Positions 23,386 through 34,199 of a DNA stretch of 64,000 bases are shown in pieces. The notes beneath the pieces are model-generated. The model did not search any database, was not told where the DNA came from, and worked only from the letters and a program-made list of their open reading frames with translations. Source of the stretch: Candidatus Kerfeldbacteria bacterium (GTDB taxonomy: Bacteria > Patescibacteriota > Patescibacteriia > UBA9570); contig JACPGK010000008.1 of the NCBI GenBank assembly GCA_016182495.1, positions 2,870 to 66,869 on the forward strand, written 5' to 3'. Position 1 is the stretch's first letter. Each line of letters begins with the position of its first letter. A program made the translations under genes and the position numbers.

Positions 23386-24084
23386 TTAAAATTTTCGGAC
23401 TACGATTTCTTGTTGTTGTCGTACTTTAATAATACTATTGGCTGGCACCAAGCCGCGTACTAACGCACCAGGGTACACGGTAGTACAACGTCCAATCACT
23501 GTGCCGGGATGCAAGGTGGCGTGGCTGCCAATCTCGCAACAATCTCCAATCATCGCTCCTAGCTTGAGTAAACCAGTAGGATACGATTGTTCGCCAAGCT
23601 TGATGATAATTGCTGAATTATCACTTTTTTGATTAGCGGTTAACGCTCCTCCACCAAAATGCACTTGGTAACCTAGCACGCTATCACCAACATAATTCAA
23701 ATGCCCCAACCGTACTCCATTGAACAGTACGCTATTTTTCAATTCGCAGCTATGACCAATACTAACCGTATCACCCATAATCACAGCTGGACGCAATACA
23801 CTATGAGCTCGAATAACACAATCGGCTCCAATCAACGCTGGCCCTTCAATTACTACATATGGACCAATCACGGTACGTTCGCCAATCACTACGCCATCAC
23901 CAATGATGGCAGTAGAATGCACTTGGGCCGATGGTGCTAGCCTAGTAGTGGTAGATAGTTGACTGGATACTTTGAGCAAAATTTCCCATGGATAGGTACA
24001 ACCGTGCAGACAATTTGGAACAGTGGTGTGTTGGGGATCAAATAGTTGGTCGATACTGGGCAGTGTTTCCATTAATGATTCCAT
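23386..24084 (-). CDS. stand-alone left-handed beta-helix (hexapeptide-repeat) transferase-domain protein
   Basis: Multiple [LIV]-G-x-x-x-x hexapeptide repeats run through the protein (IIGDGVVIGERTVIGPYVVIEGPALIGADCVIRAHSVL...). It resembles the C-terminal LbH half of bifunctional sugar-1-P nucleotidyltransferase/acetyltransferases. Confidence 0.6.
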   Translation of the reverse strand: MESLMETLPSIDQLFDPQHTTVPNCLHGCTYPWEILLKVSSQLSTTTRLAPSAQVHSTAIIGDGVVIGERTVIGPYVVIEGPALIGADCVIRAHSVLRPAVIMGDTVSIGHSCELKNSVLFNGVRLGHLNYVGDSVLGYQVHFGGGALTANQKSDNSAIIIKLGEQSYPTGLLKLGAMIGDCCEIGSHATLHPGTVIGRCTTVYPGALVRGLVPANSIIKVRQQQEIVVRKF

Positions 24085-25031
24085 TATTGTAATAATTTAA
24101 TCTGATCAATCTTGCCAGCTAGCTTACTATATTCTGTTGTGACGCGGTCAAGAGCTCCTTTAGTATTCGTCACGTGTGTGGTGAGTACCCCCAAGGCATC
24201 CCCTACCTTTTGAGCATCTTTGGTCATACCTTCCAGGCTCATCAAAATACGTTGAGCTTGTTCTTCAATTTTTTTACCTTGCATGCCAATCATAATAACT
24301 TTCAAAAAATAAAAAAAACTATTGGGTGATACTAACAACACCTTGCGTTCGTAGGCGTAACCGGTGAGATCAGTGACATCGCGAATAATTTCATAATAAA
24401 CGGCTTCGGATGGCACATACAGCACGGCAAAATTTACGGTGCCGGCTTCGGGGACAATGTATTTACGCGCTACATCAGTGATATGTTTTTTAACGTCGCG
24501 AAAAAAAAGTTTTTTAGCGTCATCGGCAGCAGCACTGGTATCAGCCAACATCATTTCATCAAAATTTTCTAAGGGAAATTTTGAGTCGATCCCAATTAAG
24601 CCATTATCGGTTTTTAGCACCGCATCAACAATTTCGCCACTGCCAAATTTATACTGCATTTCAAAAAACGATTGGGGGAAATGTTGACTTAACAAATCAC
24701 GCAGCACTTGCTCACCGATGTTGCCGCGTAATTTTGGTGATTTTAAAAACGACTGTAAATCTTTCATGCCACGACCTAGTTCTTGCACCTGGCCTAATTC
24801 TTTACTGACATCGGCAATCACTCGAGCCGCGTTATCAAGCCGGTTATTCAAGCCATGGCTTACTTGATCAAGACGCTGCTGCATACCTTGAATATTTTGA
24901 TTCAACAGCGTCAGCGAAGTATCATCCTTTGGTGCATTCAAATAGTGACGCAACCGACGATCAATCAAAACATACAGTACCACTACAGCGCCACTAAAGA
25001 TGACTGCCAGACTAAACCATTGCCAGATCAT
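24084..25031 (-). CDS. rmuC: DNA recombination protein RmuC
   Basis: It has an N-terminal TM helix and a coiled coil. The conserved RmuC block LQSFLKSPKLRGNIGEQVLRDLL and the C-terminal nuclease-like region are present. Confidence 0.8.
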   Translation of the reverse strand: MIWQWFSLAVIFSGAVVVLYVLIDRRLRHYLNAPKDDTSLTLLNQNIQGMQQRLDQVSHGLNNRLDNAARVIADVSKELGQVQELGRGMKDLQSFLKSPKLRGNIGEQVLRDLLSQHFPQSFFEMQYKFGSGEIVDAVLKTDNGLIGIDSKFPLENFDEMMLADTSAAADDAKKLFFRDVKKHITDVARKYIVPEAGTVNFAVLYVPSEAVYYEIIRDVTDLTGYAYERKVLLVSPNSFFYFLKVIMIGMQGKKIEEQAQRILMSLEGMTKDAQKVGDALGVLTTHVTNTKGALDRVTTEYSKLAGKIDQIKLLQ

Positions 25032-25043
25032 GGCCGGATTGTA

Positions 25044-25931
25044 TCAAGAAAGACGAAACAACTCAATGGCATTGGCTGTAGTGTGCTTGGCGACGGTGGC
25101 ATAATCAACCCCGTGTAGTTTGGCCAAAGCTTCGGCCACGTAAGATACGTAGGCTGGTTCGTTGCGTTGGCCACGATGTGGTACCGGGGTTAAATATGGA
25201 GCATCAGTTTCGAGTAACAATCGATCCAGGGGTACCAGTGTAGCAGCGGCTTGAACATTGCTGGCCTGAGGAAAAGTAACAATACCAGTAAAACCAATGT
25301 ACCAGCCTAGTTCTAAAAACTGTTCAATACACTCAACCGGGCCGGTATAGCAATGAATTACTCCTCTCACCTGACCGTGATATTCACGGAGTAATTGCAA
25401 TAAATCGTTAAAAGCAGCTGTCGTGGTAGCAGTATGGATAGCGGCATCGCGACAATGAATGATAATGGCTAAATCTAATTCGTGAGCCAGCGCCAAGTGT
25501 TGGCGTAGAGTGGCAATTTGTTGTTGTTGCAGTTCAACTCGGTGGGCTTGTAACTGGGCTCGCTCAAAATGCAAATAATCCAGTCCGCATTCGCCAATGG
25601 CCACCACTCGAGATGATGATTGAGCTAATTGCTTATAGCGTTGGTAGTCAAATTGTTCAGCCCGCGTTTGAATGCGCTGATGCGTTTCGCCAATGGTTTG
25701 GATTTCAGTAATATCGCTAAATAAATGAATGGGGTGCACTCCTACTGCTGCCCATACACCGTGCGCCCACTGTTGGGCCAGTTGTACCGAGCGCTGTGAT
25801 GATTCCCATTGGGTACCAACATTAATCAATTGTACCTGCTGATCAAGGGCTCGCTGAATAACCGCCTCGGCATCGTTGGCAAACGGCTGAAAATTAACAT
25901 GAGTATGGGTATCAATCACCATATACCCCAA
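25044..25931 (-). CDS. tatD: TatD-family metal-dependent hydrolase (DNase)
   Basis: The IDTHTH start motif and the conserved His/Glu/Asp positions of the TIM-barrel amidohydrolase fold are present. Confidence 0.85.
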   Translation of the reverse strand: MGYMVIDTHTHVNFQPFANDAEAVIQRALDQQVQLINVGTQWESSQRSVQLAQQWAHGVWAAVGVHPIHLFSDITEIQTIGETHQRIQTRAEQFDYQRYKQLAQSSSRVVAIGECGLDYLHFERAQLQAHRVELQQQQIATLRQHLALAHELDLAIIIHCRDAAIHTATTTAAFNDLLQLLREYHGQVRGVIHCYTGPVECIEQFLELGWYIGFTGIVTFPQASNVQAAATLVPLDRLLLETDAPYLTPVPHRGQRNEPAYVSYVAEALAKLHGVDYATVAKHTTANAIELFRLS

Positions 25932-26205
25932 TCACACTGCCTACCACCATCACATAGTTCATCAGGCGAGATTCTTCAAAAGTGACTTGTACAATATCAG
26001 GCAGACTTTGCAATGATATCCACCATAACACCAACACCATCAACACCAAACTGATCAATCCACCAACCAGAGCACTCACTAATCGACTTAGTCCCCCAAT
26101 CAGTGGTATCCAACTGATAATTTTAAATAGTTTACGCAGCCCGCCTGTAATTACACTGGCCGTAATAATAGTAGTAATGATGATAACCCAATCAAACCAA
26201 GTCAT
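25912..26205 (-). CDS. small hypothetical membrane protein
   Basis: It is 97 aa with three hydrophobic helices. The call rests on position within the operon only. Confidence 0.4.
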   Translation of the reverse strand: MTWFDWVIIITTIITASVITGGLRKLFKIISWIPLIGGLSRLVSALVGGLISLVLMVLVLWWISLQSLPDIVQVTFEESRLMNYVMVVGSVIGVYGD

Positions 26206-26218
26206 AATAGGCTAGCTG

Positions 26219-27667
26219 TTATAAAATACGTGGAAATAACGGCGGTAATTTAGCTAAGATAGCTTGAGAAAAATGTTGCTGAATGACAGCGGCGGTGCTG
26301 GGTAAAAATGGCTCTAACGCTAGCGCGATATCTTGAATCATAACCACTAATTTTCCTAACACGGTTTGAAGTTTATCAACATTACTAACGGCGTATAGCT
26401 CCCAGGGTTTTTCATCATCAACCATTTTATTGGCTCGACGAATGATCACCCACGTTTTTTCCAGAGCTTCGTTAAAACGGTACTGTGATGTTAATAATTG
26501 TACTTCTTCTAGTGGTGATGTTACTTCGTTATCGTCATCGCTGGCGTAGGCTGGCACTACTCCAGCCAGGTACCGTTCTACCATATTCGATACTCGGCTA
26601 ATCAAGTTGCCAAGATCGTTAGCTAAATCGGCATTATATTTTTCTACAAAACGGTCTTCGGAAAAATCTCCATCATCCATGGCTGGAATTTCGCGTAATA
26701 AATAATAGCGCACTGCTTCACTGCCATAATTATGCACCAGAGTAAATGGATCAACCACATTGCCTAATGATTTACTCATTTTTTTGCCATCAACTGATAC
26801 ATACCCATGAATAAAAATCGATTTCGGTACGGCTATACCAGCTGATAACAACATGGCTGGCCAATACATAGCATGAAAACGTGAAATACCTTTACCAATC
26901 ATGTGCACATCGGCTGGCCAATACTGATCAAATGCAGTGGCATTATTACTGCCATAGCCTAAGGCGGTAATATAGTTACTTAAAGCATCAAACCACACAT
27001 ACATCATTTGATCAGGATCATTTGGCACTGGTACGCCCCAATCACCGGCCCGCTGGCGTGACCGTGAAATGGAAAAATCTTCTAGCCCGCGGCGGATAAA
27101 GGCCAATACTTCATTGCGTCTAAATTTAGGCACAATTTGAATAGCGCCCGACTCTACTAACCGTAATAGCGTAGCTTGATAATTTGATAGTTTAAAAAAA
27201 TAATTATCTTCTTCCACGATTTCTAATGACACAAAATGTTCCGGGCACTTACCATCAATTAAATCTTTATCGGCATAAAAAGCTTCGCAACCAACACAAT
27301 ATAAACCGCGGTAATGTTTGCGATAAATATCTTCTGGTCGGCAAGCTTGCCATAAGGCTTGCGCGCCAAGATGATGCGCCGGGCTGGAGGTGCGAATAAA
27401 TTGATCCAGCGATACCTGTAAGGTTTCGGCCAAGCGTTGAAATAAAGCCGCGTTACGATCACATAGTTGTTGGGTAGTTAATTGAGCAGCGGCGGCAGCC
27501 CGAACGTTTTTGGTGCTATTTTCATCAACCCCACTCAAAAAATAGGTATCGTCGCCAATAATACGATGATAACGCGCCATCACATCGGCCTGCACCAATT
27601 CTAAAGCATGGCCAATATGTGGCTGGGCATTCACATAAGGAATGGCAGTGGTTAAATAAAATTTCAT
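26219..27667 (-). CDS. metG: methionine--tRNA ligase (short form)
   Basis: It is a class I aaRS with HIGH (PHIGH), KMSKS (KMSKSLGN) and a CxxC zinc knuckle (CVGCEAF...CPEHF). Confidence 0.95.
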   Translation of the reverse strand: MKFYLTTAIPYVNAQPHIGHALELVQADVMARYHRIIGDDTYFLSGVDENSTKNVRAAAAAQLTTQQLCDRNAALFQRLAETLQVSLDQFIRTSSPAHHLGAQALWQACRPEDIYRKHYRGLYCVGCEAFYADKDLIDGKCPEHFVSLEIVEEDNYFFKLSNYQATLLRLVESGAIQIVPKFRRNEVLAFIRRGLEDFSISRSRQRAGDWGVPVPNDPDQMMYVWFDALSNYITALGYGSNNATAFDQYWPADVHMIGKGISRFHAMYWPAMLLSAGIAVPKSIFIHGYVSVDGKKMSKSLGNVVDPFTLVHNYGSEAVRYYLLREIPAMDDGDFSEDRFVEKYNADLANDLGNLISRVSNMVERYLAGVVPAYASDDDNEVTSPLEEVQLLTSQYRFNEALEKTWVIIRRANKMVDDEKPWELYAVSNVDKLQTVLGKLVVMIQDIALALEPFLPSTAAVIQQHFSQAILAKLPPLFPRIL

Positions 27668-28725
27668 TCTTCTAAACGGTTTTGTTCACGACGACGTTCG
27701 GCAAAAAAATCATCCGTAAAGGTGCTTAGTACCGTAATAATAGGAACGGCCAACAACATACCGGCTAACCCAGCCAATTTAGCACCTACTAATAAACCAA
27801 TAATCACAATGATAGGATTCAAGCCAACCGCCCGACGCATCACTCGCGGTACTAAAAATTGATTTTCAATTTGTTGAATGGCGATAAATACAATCAACAC
27901 AAAAAATACCTTGTATGGTGCCGCAGTAAAATCAGCCAGAGCAAAAAATAAGGCTGGAATGGCAGCGATGACTGGCCCAATAATTGGAATAAACTCTGTT
28001 AGGCCGGCTAACAAACCTAGCACCAAAGCGTATTTTACACCCAAAATCCACATTGATACACCCACCAGTATGCCAACAAAACACATCAGCACTACTTGCC
28101 CCCATAACCAGCTGCTTAATTTAGTTTGGATTTGATTTAATTTATGAATCACGTACGGCTGATACTGCACCGGCATAATGGCTTGAATAAATTTTTTGAT
28201 GCCATCTTCTTCTACCGTCATATAAAAGGCAATCACCAGCACGGCCACGGTGGCTGCCACACCGCCAAACACCGAGGCAATAGCAGCATAAAAGGTTGAG
28301 CCAACGTTAGAAATACTTTGTACTGCAGTATCAAGGGTTGATTGCAAAGTAGCTAGCAAACCAACTTGAGCGGTGGTGTTTTGCAAAAAGGCGATGCCAT
28401 CGCGAATTGAACTGTAATAGGATGGAAAATCATAAGCAATACTAGCCAATTCATGTGATACTGGTGGCACCAATAAAATGATAATGCCAACAATAATGGC
28501 GATAAATAAAATATACACTGACAAAATACCCAAAGCGCGAGGAATATTATAGCGCTGTAAACGATTCACCCAGGGATGTAAAGCCGACGCCAATACCCAA
28601 GCGATAATGACAATGGCAATAATATCGCGCACCGCCCATAAAAACACCAACCCAACACCGGCCAAAATAACCTTGATGATAGTAAGACTAGAAATATTCA
28701 CTTGCACTGGGGTTGGCGACGACAT
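27664..28725 (-). CDS. AI-2E family transporter (PerM/UPF0118)
   Basis: It is 353 aa and polytopic. The C-terminal region of that family (LLAGLTEFIPIIGPVIAAIPA) is present. Confidence 0.8.
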   Translation of the reverse strand: MSSPTPVQVNISSLTIIKVILAGVGLVFLWAVRDIIAIVIIAWVLASALHPWVNRLQRYNIPRALGILSVYILFIAIIVGIIILLVPPVSHELASIAYDFPSYYSSIRDGIAFLQNTTAQVGLLATLQSTLDTAVQSISNVGSTFYAAIASVFGGVAATVAVLVIAFYMTVEEDGIKKFIQAIMPVQYQPYVIHKLNQIQTKLSSWLWGQVVLMCFVGILVGVSMWILGVKYALVLGLLAGLTEFIPIIGPVIAAIPALFFALADFTAAPYKVFFVLIVFIAIQQIENQFLVPRVMRRAVGLNPIIVIIGLLVGAKLAGLAGMLLAVPIITVLSTFTDDFFAERRREQNRLEE

Positions 28726-28728
28726 ACG

Positions 28729-30003
28729 TTATGATACGGTCGTTAAGATTGATGGCTGCTTGATACGCTGTGGACCGATACTAGCCAGCGTAAGATTGCC
28801 AGGCCTAAATAATTGTCGAGCCACGCGTCGCACTAACTGACGATCCACTTTGGCAATCTGTTTAAGCTTTACAGTAGGAGAAATAAGCTTTCCCGTCAAG
28901 ACAGCTTGCCGACCATACCACGAGGCTACCGCTGAAGAATCTTCTAATCGTAACGCGAGCTGACCTTTAATAAATTCCTGGGCGCTGTGTAGTTCTTCAC
29001 TGGTGACGAGGTCTTTTTTGAGCAATTGCAACTCTGTACTAATGGCTGTAATTGCTTGATTAATCCGCTGATTATCAACTCCGGCTTGGATAGAAAAAAT
29101 GCCAGTATCGGTATACGAGCTAGCTTCGGCATGAATGGAATAACATAAGCCTTGGCGTTCACGCACTCGAATAAATAATCGAGAGCTCATATTACCGCCT
29201 AAAATAATTGCCAGCACTTGGGCGGCCGGTAACCACGGGTGATGATACGGATACGCCACCAAACCTAAACCGAGCTGGGTTTGCTGGGTATCTTTGTGAC
29301 GATACACGATGGTTGACTGACGCTGCGATTGACTAAATGGCTTCGGACGCAAACGCCGGTGCGGTTGTGTATAATTACCAAAATAACGCCGCGCCAACGC
29401 CAGTGTATTATGTGGCACATTACCAGCGATCACAAGCTGCATGGTACTAGGCCGATAATGCTGCTGCATAAATCGAAAAAAGGCCTGGCGAGGTAAATGA
29501 GTAATATTGGGTTTTGGTCCGGCAATATCGTATCCCAGTGGATGGTGTTCGCCAAATACTCCCATTTCTAAAACCGTATCCAAGTGCATCAGAGGATTAT
29601 CTTGATACATGTTAATTTCCTCTACAATCACTCCCCGTTCGCGTTCAATTTCTTTAGGGTCAAACACTGAATGAAATAACATGTCCGATAATAAATCGAG
29701 AGCCAGTTCAGTATGTTGGTTAGCTAACTTAATATAATATAAAGTATGGTCTTTAGCAGTATAGGCATTGTATTCGGCTCCCACGCTATCAAGCGCCTTG
29801 GAAATATCCAGGGTGGTGGGACGCCGGGTAGTACCCTTAAACATCAAATGCTCTAAAAAATGAGAAATGCCATTATTGGTTTTGGTTTCATAGCGTGATC
29901 CAACGGGAATTAACACCATCACGGTAACAGCGGCTGTATCGTGCTGGGTTACCGTAACAACGTTCAGGCCGTTAGCTAGTCGGTGTGATTTGATCATGTA
30001 CAT
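28729..30003 (-). CDS. M16-family zinc peptidase (insulinase-like)
   Basis: The inverted zincin motif HFLEH is present, with the downstream Glu in the EYNAYT region. Confidence 0.8.
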   Translation of the reverse strand: MYMIKSHRLANGLNVVTVTQHDTAAVTVMVLIPVGSRYETKTNNGISHFLEHLMFKGTTRRPTTLDISKALDSVGAEYNAYTAKDHTLYYIKLANQHTELALDLLSDMLFHSVFDPKEIERERGVIVEEINMYQDNPLMHLDTVLEMGVFGEHHPLGYDIAGPKPNITHLPRQAFFRFMQQHYRPSTMQLVIAGNVPHNTLALARRYFGNYTQPHRRLRPKPFSQSQRQSTIVYRHKDTQQTQLGLGLVAYPYHHPWLPAAQVLAIILGGNMSSRLFIRVRERQGLCYSIHAEASSYTDTGIFSIQAGVDNQRINQAITAISTELQLLKKDLVTSEELHSAQEFIKGQLALRLEDSSAVASWYGRQAVLTGKLISPTVKLKQIAKVDRQLVRRVARQLFRPGNLTLASIGPQRIKQPSILTTVS

Positions 30004-31276
30004 ATTGATCTACTTGATTAAGTGGTACGCGTACTTGAGTCATGGCATCGCGTTGTCGAATAGTAACGGCGTGGTCGATCACGGAATCAAAATCAATCGT
30101 GATGCAGTACGGCGTGCCAATTTCATCTTGGCGACGATAGCGCTTACCAATACTTTGCGTGGTATCAAAATCACAGCGCCAACGCTTACTTAATTGTTGA
30201 TACAATGGTTCGGTTAAGGCAGCCAGTTCGGGTTTGCGAGCTAACGGCAACACCGCCACTTGATACGGTGCCAACTGCGGAGTAAAACGTAACACTACGC
30301 GAGTTTCGCCATTGACGGTTTCGGTATGATACGCACTTAACAGTAGCGCCAACATAGTACGATCTACCCCCATGGTGGGCTCGATAATATGGGGTAAAAA
30401 TTTTTTGGTCGGATCCATCGGATCGGTATATTCTAATTTTTCGCCTGATTGAATTTGGTGATTACGTAAATCAAAATCACCTCGGTAAGCTAGCCCCCAC
30501 AATTCTTTACGCCCAAATGGAAAATCGAATTCAAAATCAATCGTCCGTTGTGAGTAATGAGCGCGCTCGTCCGCTGGCACCTCGTAGCGATGCAAGGCAG
30601 CAATATCAAGGCCCAGTTGTTGAGCCCACTGCTCCATCCATTGAGCCCACTGCTCAAACTGTTCAACCCAGTTTGCAGGTTCCACAAAGTATTCTATTTC
30701 CATTTGTTCAAATTCGAGTGTTCTAAAAATATAATTACCAGGAGTGATTTCGTTGCGAAAAGCCTTGCCAATTTGAGCAATGCCAAAGGGTAGGCGTTGC
30801 CGAGTAGTGTTTAATACATTACGAAAATTAACAAACATGGCTTGAGCCGTTTCGGGCCGTAAATACACTGGTGTAGTGCTATCAGCCACTGGACCAATCC
30901 AGGTTTTGAACATTAAATTAAAATCGCGCGGGGCAGATAAACTACCACCACAGTTGGGACAGTTGGATGTATCAAGATCATTCGCTCGATACCGCCGATG
31001 ACAGGCCTGACATTCCTTCATTGGATCATGAAATGTATCAACATGGCCCGATGCTTGCCACACTTTTGGATTCATTAAAATGGCACCATCCAACCCCACT
31101 ATATCAGGCCGTTGCTCAACCACCTGCTGCCACCACAACCGCTTGATATTAAAACGTAACTGGGCGCCAAGCGGACCGTAATCCCAGGCATTAGCTAAGC
31201 CACCGTAAATTTCTGACCCCGGATAAATAAACCCGCGCTGCTTAGCTAACGAAATAACAGTATCAATATCAACCAT
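29972..31276 (-). CDS. glyQS: glycine--tRNA ligase, dimeric (alpha2) type
   Basis: The N-terminus RGFIYPGSEIYGGLANAWDYGPLG and the class II motifs match GlyRS. The protein is 434 aa. Confidence 0.93.
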   Translation of the reverse strand: MVDIDTVISLAKQRGFIYPGSEIYGGLANAWDYGPLGAQLRFNIKRLWWQQVVEQRPDIVGLDGAILMNPKVWQASGHVDTFHDPMKECQACHRRYRANDLDTSNCPNCGGSLSAPRDFNLMFKTWIGPVADSTTPVYLRPETAQAMFVNFRNVLNTTRQRLPFGIAQIGKAFRNEITPGNYIFRTLEFEQMEIEYFVEPANWVEQFEQWAQWMEQWAQQLGLDIAALHRYEVPADERAHYSQRTIDFEFDFPFGRKELWGLAYRGDFDLRNHQIQSGEKLEYTDPMDPTKKFLPHIIEPTMGVDRTMLALLLSAYHTETVNGETRVVLRFTPQLAPYQVAVLPLARKPELAALTEPLYQQLSKRWRCDFDTTQSIGKRYRRQDEIGTPYCITIDFDSVIDHAVTIRQRDAMTQVRVPLNQVDQYVHDQITPTS

Positions 31277-31285
31277 GACGATAAT

Positions 31286-31807
31286 TTATTTTAGTGGTGA
31301 GTGACGATAAATGACACCATTAGTATAGTTCGACACAGTAATAGCAAACGGCAAGGTAAACAAGCCGCCAATTAAAAAAACAAATAAGCCAGCTGAACCA
31401 ATTAAGCCGGCCAAATACCCAATTGCCAAGCCAATTAAAATAGCCACAAAGTTGGTTTTGATATATGGCCAAATGTATTGTTTAATTTTCAGACAATCAC
31501 GGATTGTTCGGCCAGTCGCCAGTAAAGGCATATAGGCTGGGTGCACAAACCACAACACTACACTATAGGCTAGGGTCAGGAGATACCCCAGCATGCCACT
31601 GAACAATACAATGCTCAATAGTGGCTTTTGCTCAATCGCTAGTTGCGTACAACGAACGCCATAGCCAATTAAAAACGGTAAGCCGATAATAAAAAATGAT
31701 AGCCCTAATAAAACAGCGCCTTGACCGCATAACTTTGAAAACCAGTTTGGATCGCGCCATGGATAATGAATGATCTCACTAAAATCAGCGCTACTTAAAC
31801 TCATCAT
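31286..31807 (-). CDS. hypothetical polytopic membrane protein
   Basis: It is 173 aa with four TM helices. No motif could be named with confidence. Confidence 0.45.
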   Translation of the reverse strand: MMSLSSADFSEIIHYPWRDPNWFSKLCGQGAVLLGLSFFIIGLPFLIGYGVRCTQLAIEQKPLLSIVLFSGMLGYLLTLAYSVVLWFVHPAYMPLLATGRTIRDCLKIKQYIWPYIKTNFVAILIGLAIGYLAGLIGSAGLFVFLIGGLFTLPFAITVSNYTNGVIYRHSPLK

Positions 31808-31889
31808 ACTGGCGATAGTATACTGGAATTCATAGTATCATGCAACTTTGCTATCTTTTTATTAATTTTTTTTCTGCTATACTAAATTT

Positions 31890-32249
31890 ATGGAACTCAA
31901 TCCCCTCACTCCTGAAGAAGAACGCGTTATCGTGCACAAAGGTACTGAAGCTCCGTTTACTGGTGAATATGATGATTTCTTTGCAGACGGTACTTATATC
32001 TGCCGGCGCTGCAACGCTCCATTATATACTTCTGATAGTAAATTTCATTCTGGCTGTGGCTGGCCAAGTTTCGATCAAGAAATTCCTGGCGCGGTGCAGC
32101 GCACACTAGATGATGATGGCCGCCGTACCGAAATTACCTGTAATCATTGCGATGCCCATTTGGGACACGTGTTTGAAGGTGAACATTTAACCGAAAAAAA
32201 TGTCCGGCACTGTGTTAATTCTTTGTCGATGAAATTTATTCAAAAGTGA
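31890..32249 (+). CDS. msrB: peptide-methionine (R)-S-oxide reductase MsrB, zinc-binding form
   Basis: Two CxxC pairs are present (CRRCNAPLY...[12 protein letters not shown]), with the catalytic Cys in the GCGWPSF context. Confidence 0.9.
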   Translation: MELNPLTPEEERVIVHKGTEAPFTGEYDDFFADGTYICRRCNAPLYTSDSKFHSGCGWPSFDQEIPGAVQRTLDDDGRRTEITCNHCDAHLGHVFEGEHLTEKNVRHCVNSLSMKFIQK

Positions 32250-32260
32250 AAAATTTGGGC

Positions 32261-32289
32261 TTGACAGCCTAATAAAGCCTTGTTAGACT
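32261..32289 (+). promoter_or_regulatory. sigma70-like promoter for rpmA (TTGACA-17-TAGACT)
   Basis: TTGACA lies at 32261-32266 and TAGACT at 32284-32289 with a 17-nt spacer. The rpmA ATG is 8 nt downstream, giving a very short leader. Confidence 0.45.
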
Positions 32290-32296
32290 AGCGCCT

Positions 32297-32581
32297 ATGG
32301 CACATACAAAAGCAGGTGGGTCTACCAGTTTAGGACGTGATTCCGTATCAAAACGGTTAGGAGTAAAACGCTATGCCGGTCAAGTTGTGTTGGCTGGTGA
32401 AATATTAGTGCGTCAACATGGCACTAAATTTCATCCTGGAAAAAATGTCCGTCGGGGTGAAGATGATACCTTATACGCTAGCGCCGCTGGAGTGGTTCAA
32501 TTTACTGCCCGCAGTGTGCGTCAATTTACTGGTAAGCTAGCGCGTCGACAATTTGTGAACGTGGTGCCGACGACGGCTTAA
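32297..32581 (+). CDS. rpmA: 50S ribosomal protein L27
   Basis: The sequence ([31 protein letters not shown]...[10 protein letters not shown]) is almost invariant L27. Confidence 0.95.
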   Translation: MAHTKAGGSTSLGRDSVSKRLGVKRYAGQVVLAGEILVRQHGTKFHPGKNVRRGEDDTLYASAAGVVQFTARSVRQFTGKLARRQFVNVVPTTA

Positions 32582-34195
32582 CGACGCTTTCATAAAACCT
32601 AAAAATAATGGATGCGGTTGCAAAGGCCGCGATTTTAATTCTGGATGAAATTGTGTACCTACAAACCAAGGATGGGGTTTATATTCAGCAATCTCAACTA
32701 AATCTTGATCGGGATTGATGCCTGAAAATACTACTCCCACTTTTTCTAAAATTGGACGATAGGCATTATTAAATTCATAACGGTGACGGTGACGTTCGGA
32801 AATTAAAGTTTGGCGGTAGGCAGCATAGGCTTGAGTACCTTTTTTTAGGCTACAAGGATACGCGCCTAATCGCATGGTACCGCCATAGTTATTGGCTCGA
32901 ATATTTTTTTGTTGGAATGGATTCACATGAATAATCGGATGACTGGTAGCATCATTAATCTCAATAGTATGGGCGGTTTTTAATTTTGCCCGGTGGCGAG
33001 CAATTTCAATCATGGCTAATTGCATACCATAACAGAGCCCTAAATATGGAATGCCATGCTCACGCACAAACTGAACAGCTTTAATAATACCTTCTACTCC
33101 GCGCGTACCAAAACCACCAGGTACAATAATACCATCAAATTGAGCTAGCTCCTTAACTCGCTGCGGATGGTGTTCATACACTTCGGCATCAATCCAGGTT
33201 AATTTTGGTTTAACGCCATGAGTCCAAGCAGCGTGCCGAACAGCCTCGATCACTGAAATATAAGAATCCGCTAAGGTGAAATCACCCGTGCCAAAATATT
33301 TACCAACGACCCCGATATTAACTTGGCCGGTAGCGGTACGAATACGCTTCACTAACTTATTCCAATCAGCTGACTGTGAAGCCCGAGCCCGCAACTGGAG
33401 TCGCTGCAATAACTGATCGCCTAGTTTCTGTTTTTCTAACAGTAACGGCACTTCGTAAATAACATCAACATCTGGAGCTGAAATGGCCCGTTGGGGTGGA
33501 ATACCACAAAAGGTGGCTAATTTTTCGCGACGTTTTTTATCTAATTCTCGATCAGCTCGAGCAATAATAAAATCAACCTGAATACCAGCCGAATTCAACG
33601 TACGAGCGGCTGATTGAGTAGGTTTTGTTTTCATTTCTCCTACCCGAGCTGGAATTGGCAAATAACTCACCAACACAAAGGCAACGTCTTCTGGATGTTT
33701 AGTATACATCATCCGAGCAGCCTCTAAAAACAAGATGTTTTGATATTCCCCCACCGTGCCACCAACTTCGATAATCGTCACATCGGCTCGGTTAGTGCGC
33801 TGGGCCTTTTTGATGCGCCGGATAATTTCTTCTGGAATATGGGGTACTACTTCTACACAGGCGCCATTATATTCTAAATTACGCTCACGATTAATCACGG
33901 TGTGATATACTCGACCGGTAGTCATGTAATTCACCGAGTAAATGTTAGTGTTCAAAAACCGTTCATAATTACCAATATCTTGATCGGTTTCATCTTTATC
34001 TTCAGTCACAAATACTTCGCCATGTTCAGTGGGATTCATCGTACCAGCATCAAGGTTAATATACGGATCGGCCTTAATAGCTGTTACTTTAAGCCCTTTG
34101 GCTAATAAAATGCGCCCGATACTGGCAGTGGTAATGCCCTTACCCACGCTTGACATCACGCCACCAACTACAAAAATAAACTTTGGTCGGGCCAT
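32537..34195 (-). CDS. pyrG: CTP synthase
   Basis: The N-terminal synthetase domain ([23 protein letters not shown]) and the C-terminal class I GATase triad (GLCYGMQ...H...E) are present. The 3' end overlaps rpmA convergently by about 45 nt as called. Confidence 0.93.
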   Translation of the reverse strand: MARPKFIFVVGGVMSSVGKGITTASIGRILLAKGLKVTAIKADPYINLDAGTMNPTEHGEVFVTEDKDETDQDIGNYERFLNTNIYSVNYMTTGRVYHTVINRERNLEYNGACVEVVPHIPEEIIRRIKKAQRTNRADVTIIEVGGTVGEYQNILFLEAARMMYTKHPEDVAFVLVSYLPIPARVGEMKTKPTQSAARTLNSAGIQVDFIIARADRELDKKRREKLATFCGIPPQRAISAPDVDVIYEVPLLLEKQKLGDQLLQRLQLRARASQSADWNKLVKRIRTATGQVNIGVVGKYFGTGDFTLADSYISVIEAVRHAAWTHGVKPKLTWIDAEVYEHHPQRVKELAQFDGIIVPGGFGTRGVEGIIKAVQFVREHGIPYLGLCYGMQLAMIEIARHRAKLKTAHTIEINDATSHPIIHVNPFQQKNIRANNYGGTMRLGAYPCSLKKGTQAYAAYRQTLISERHRHRYEFNNAYRPILEKVGVVFSGINPDQDLVEIAEYKPHPWFVGTQFHPELKSRPLQPHPLFLGFMKASLSRRRHHVHKLSTR

Positions 34196-34199
34196 ACCA

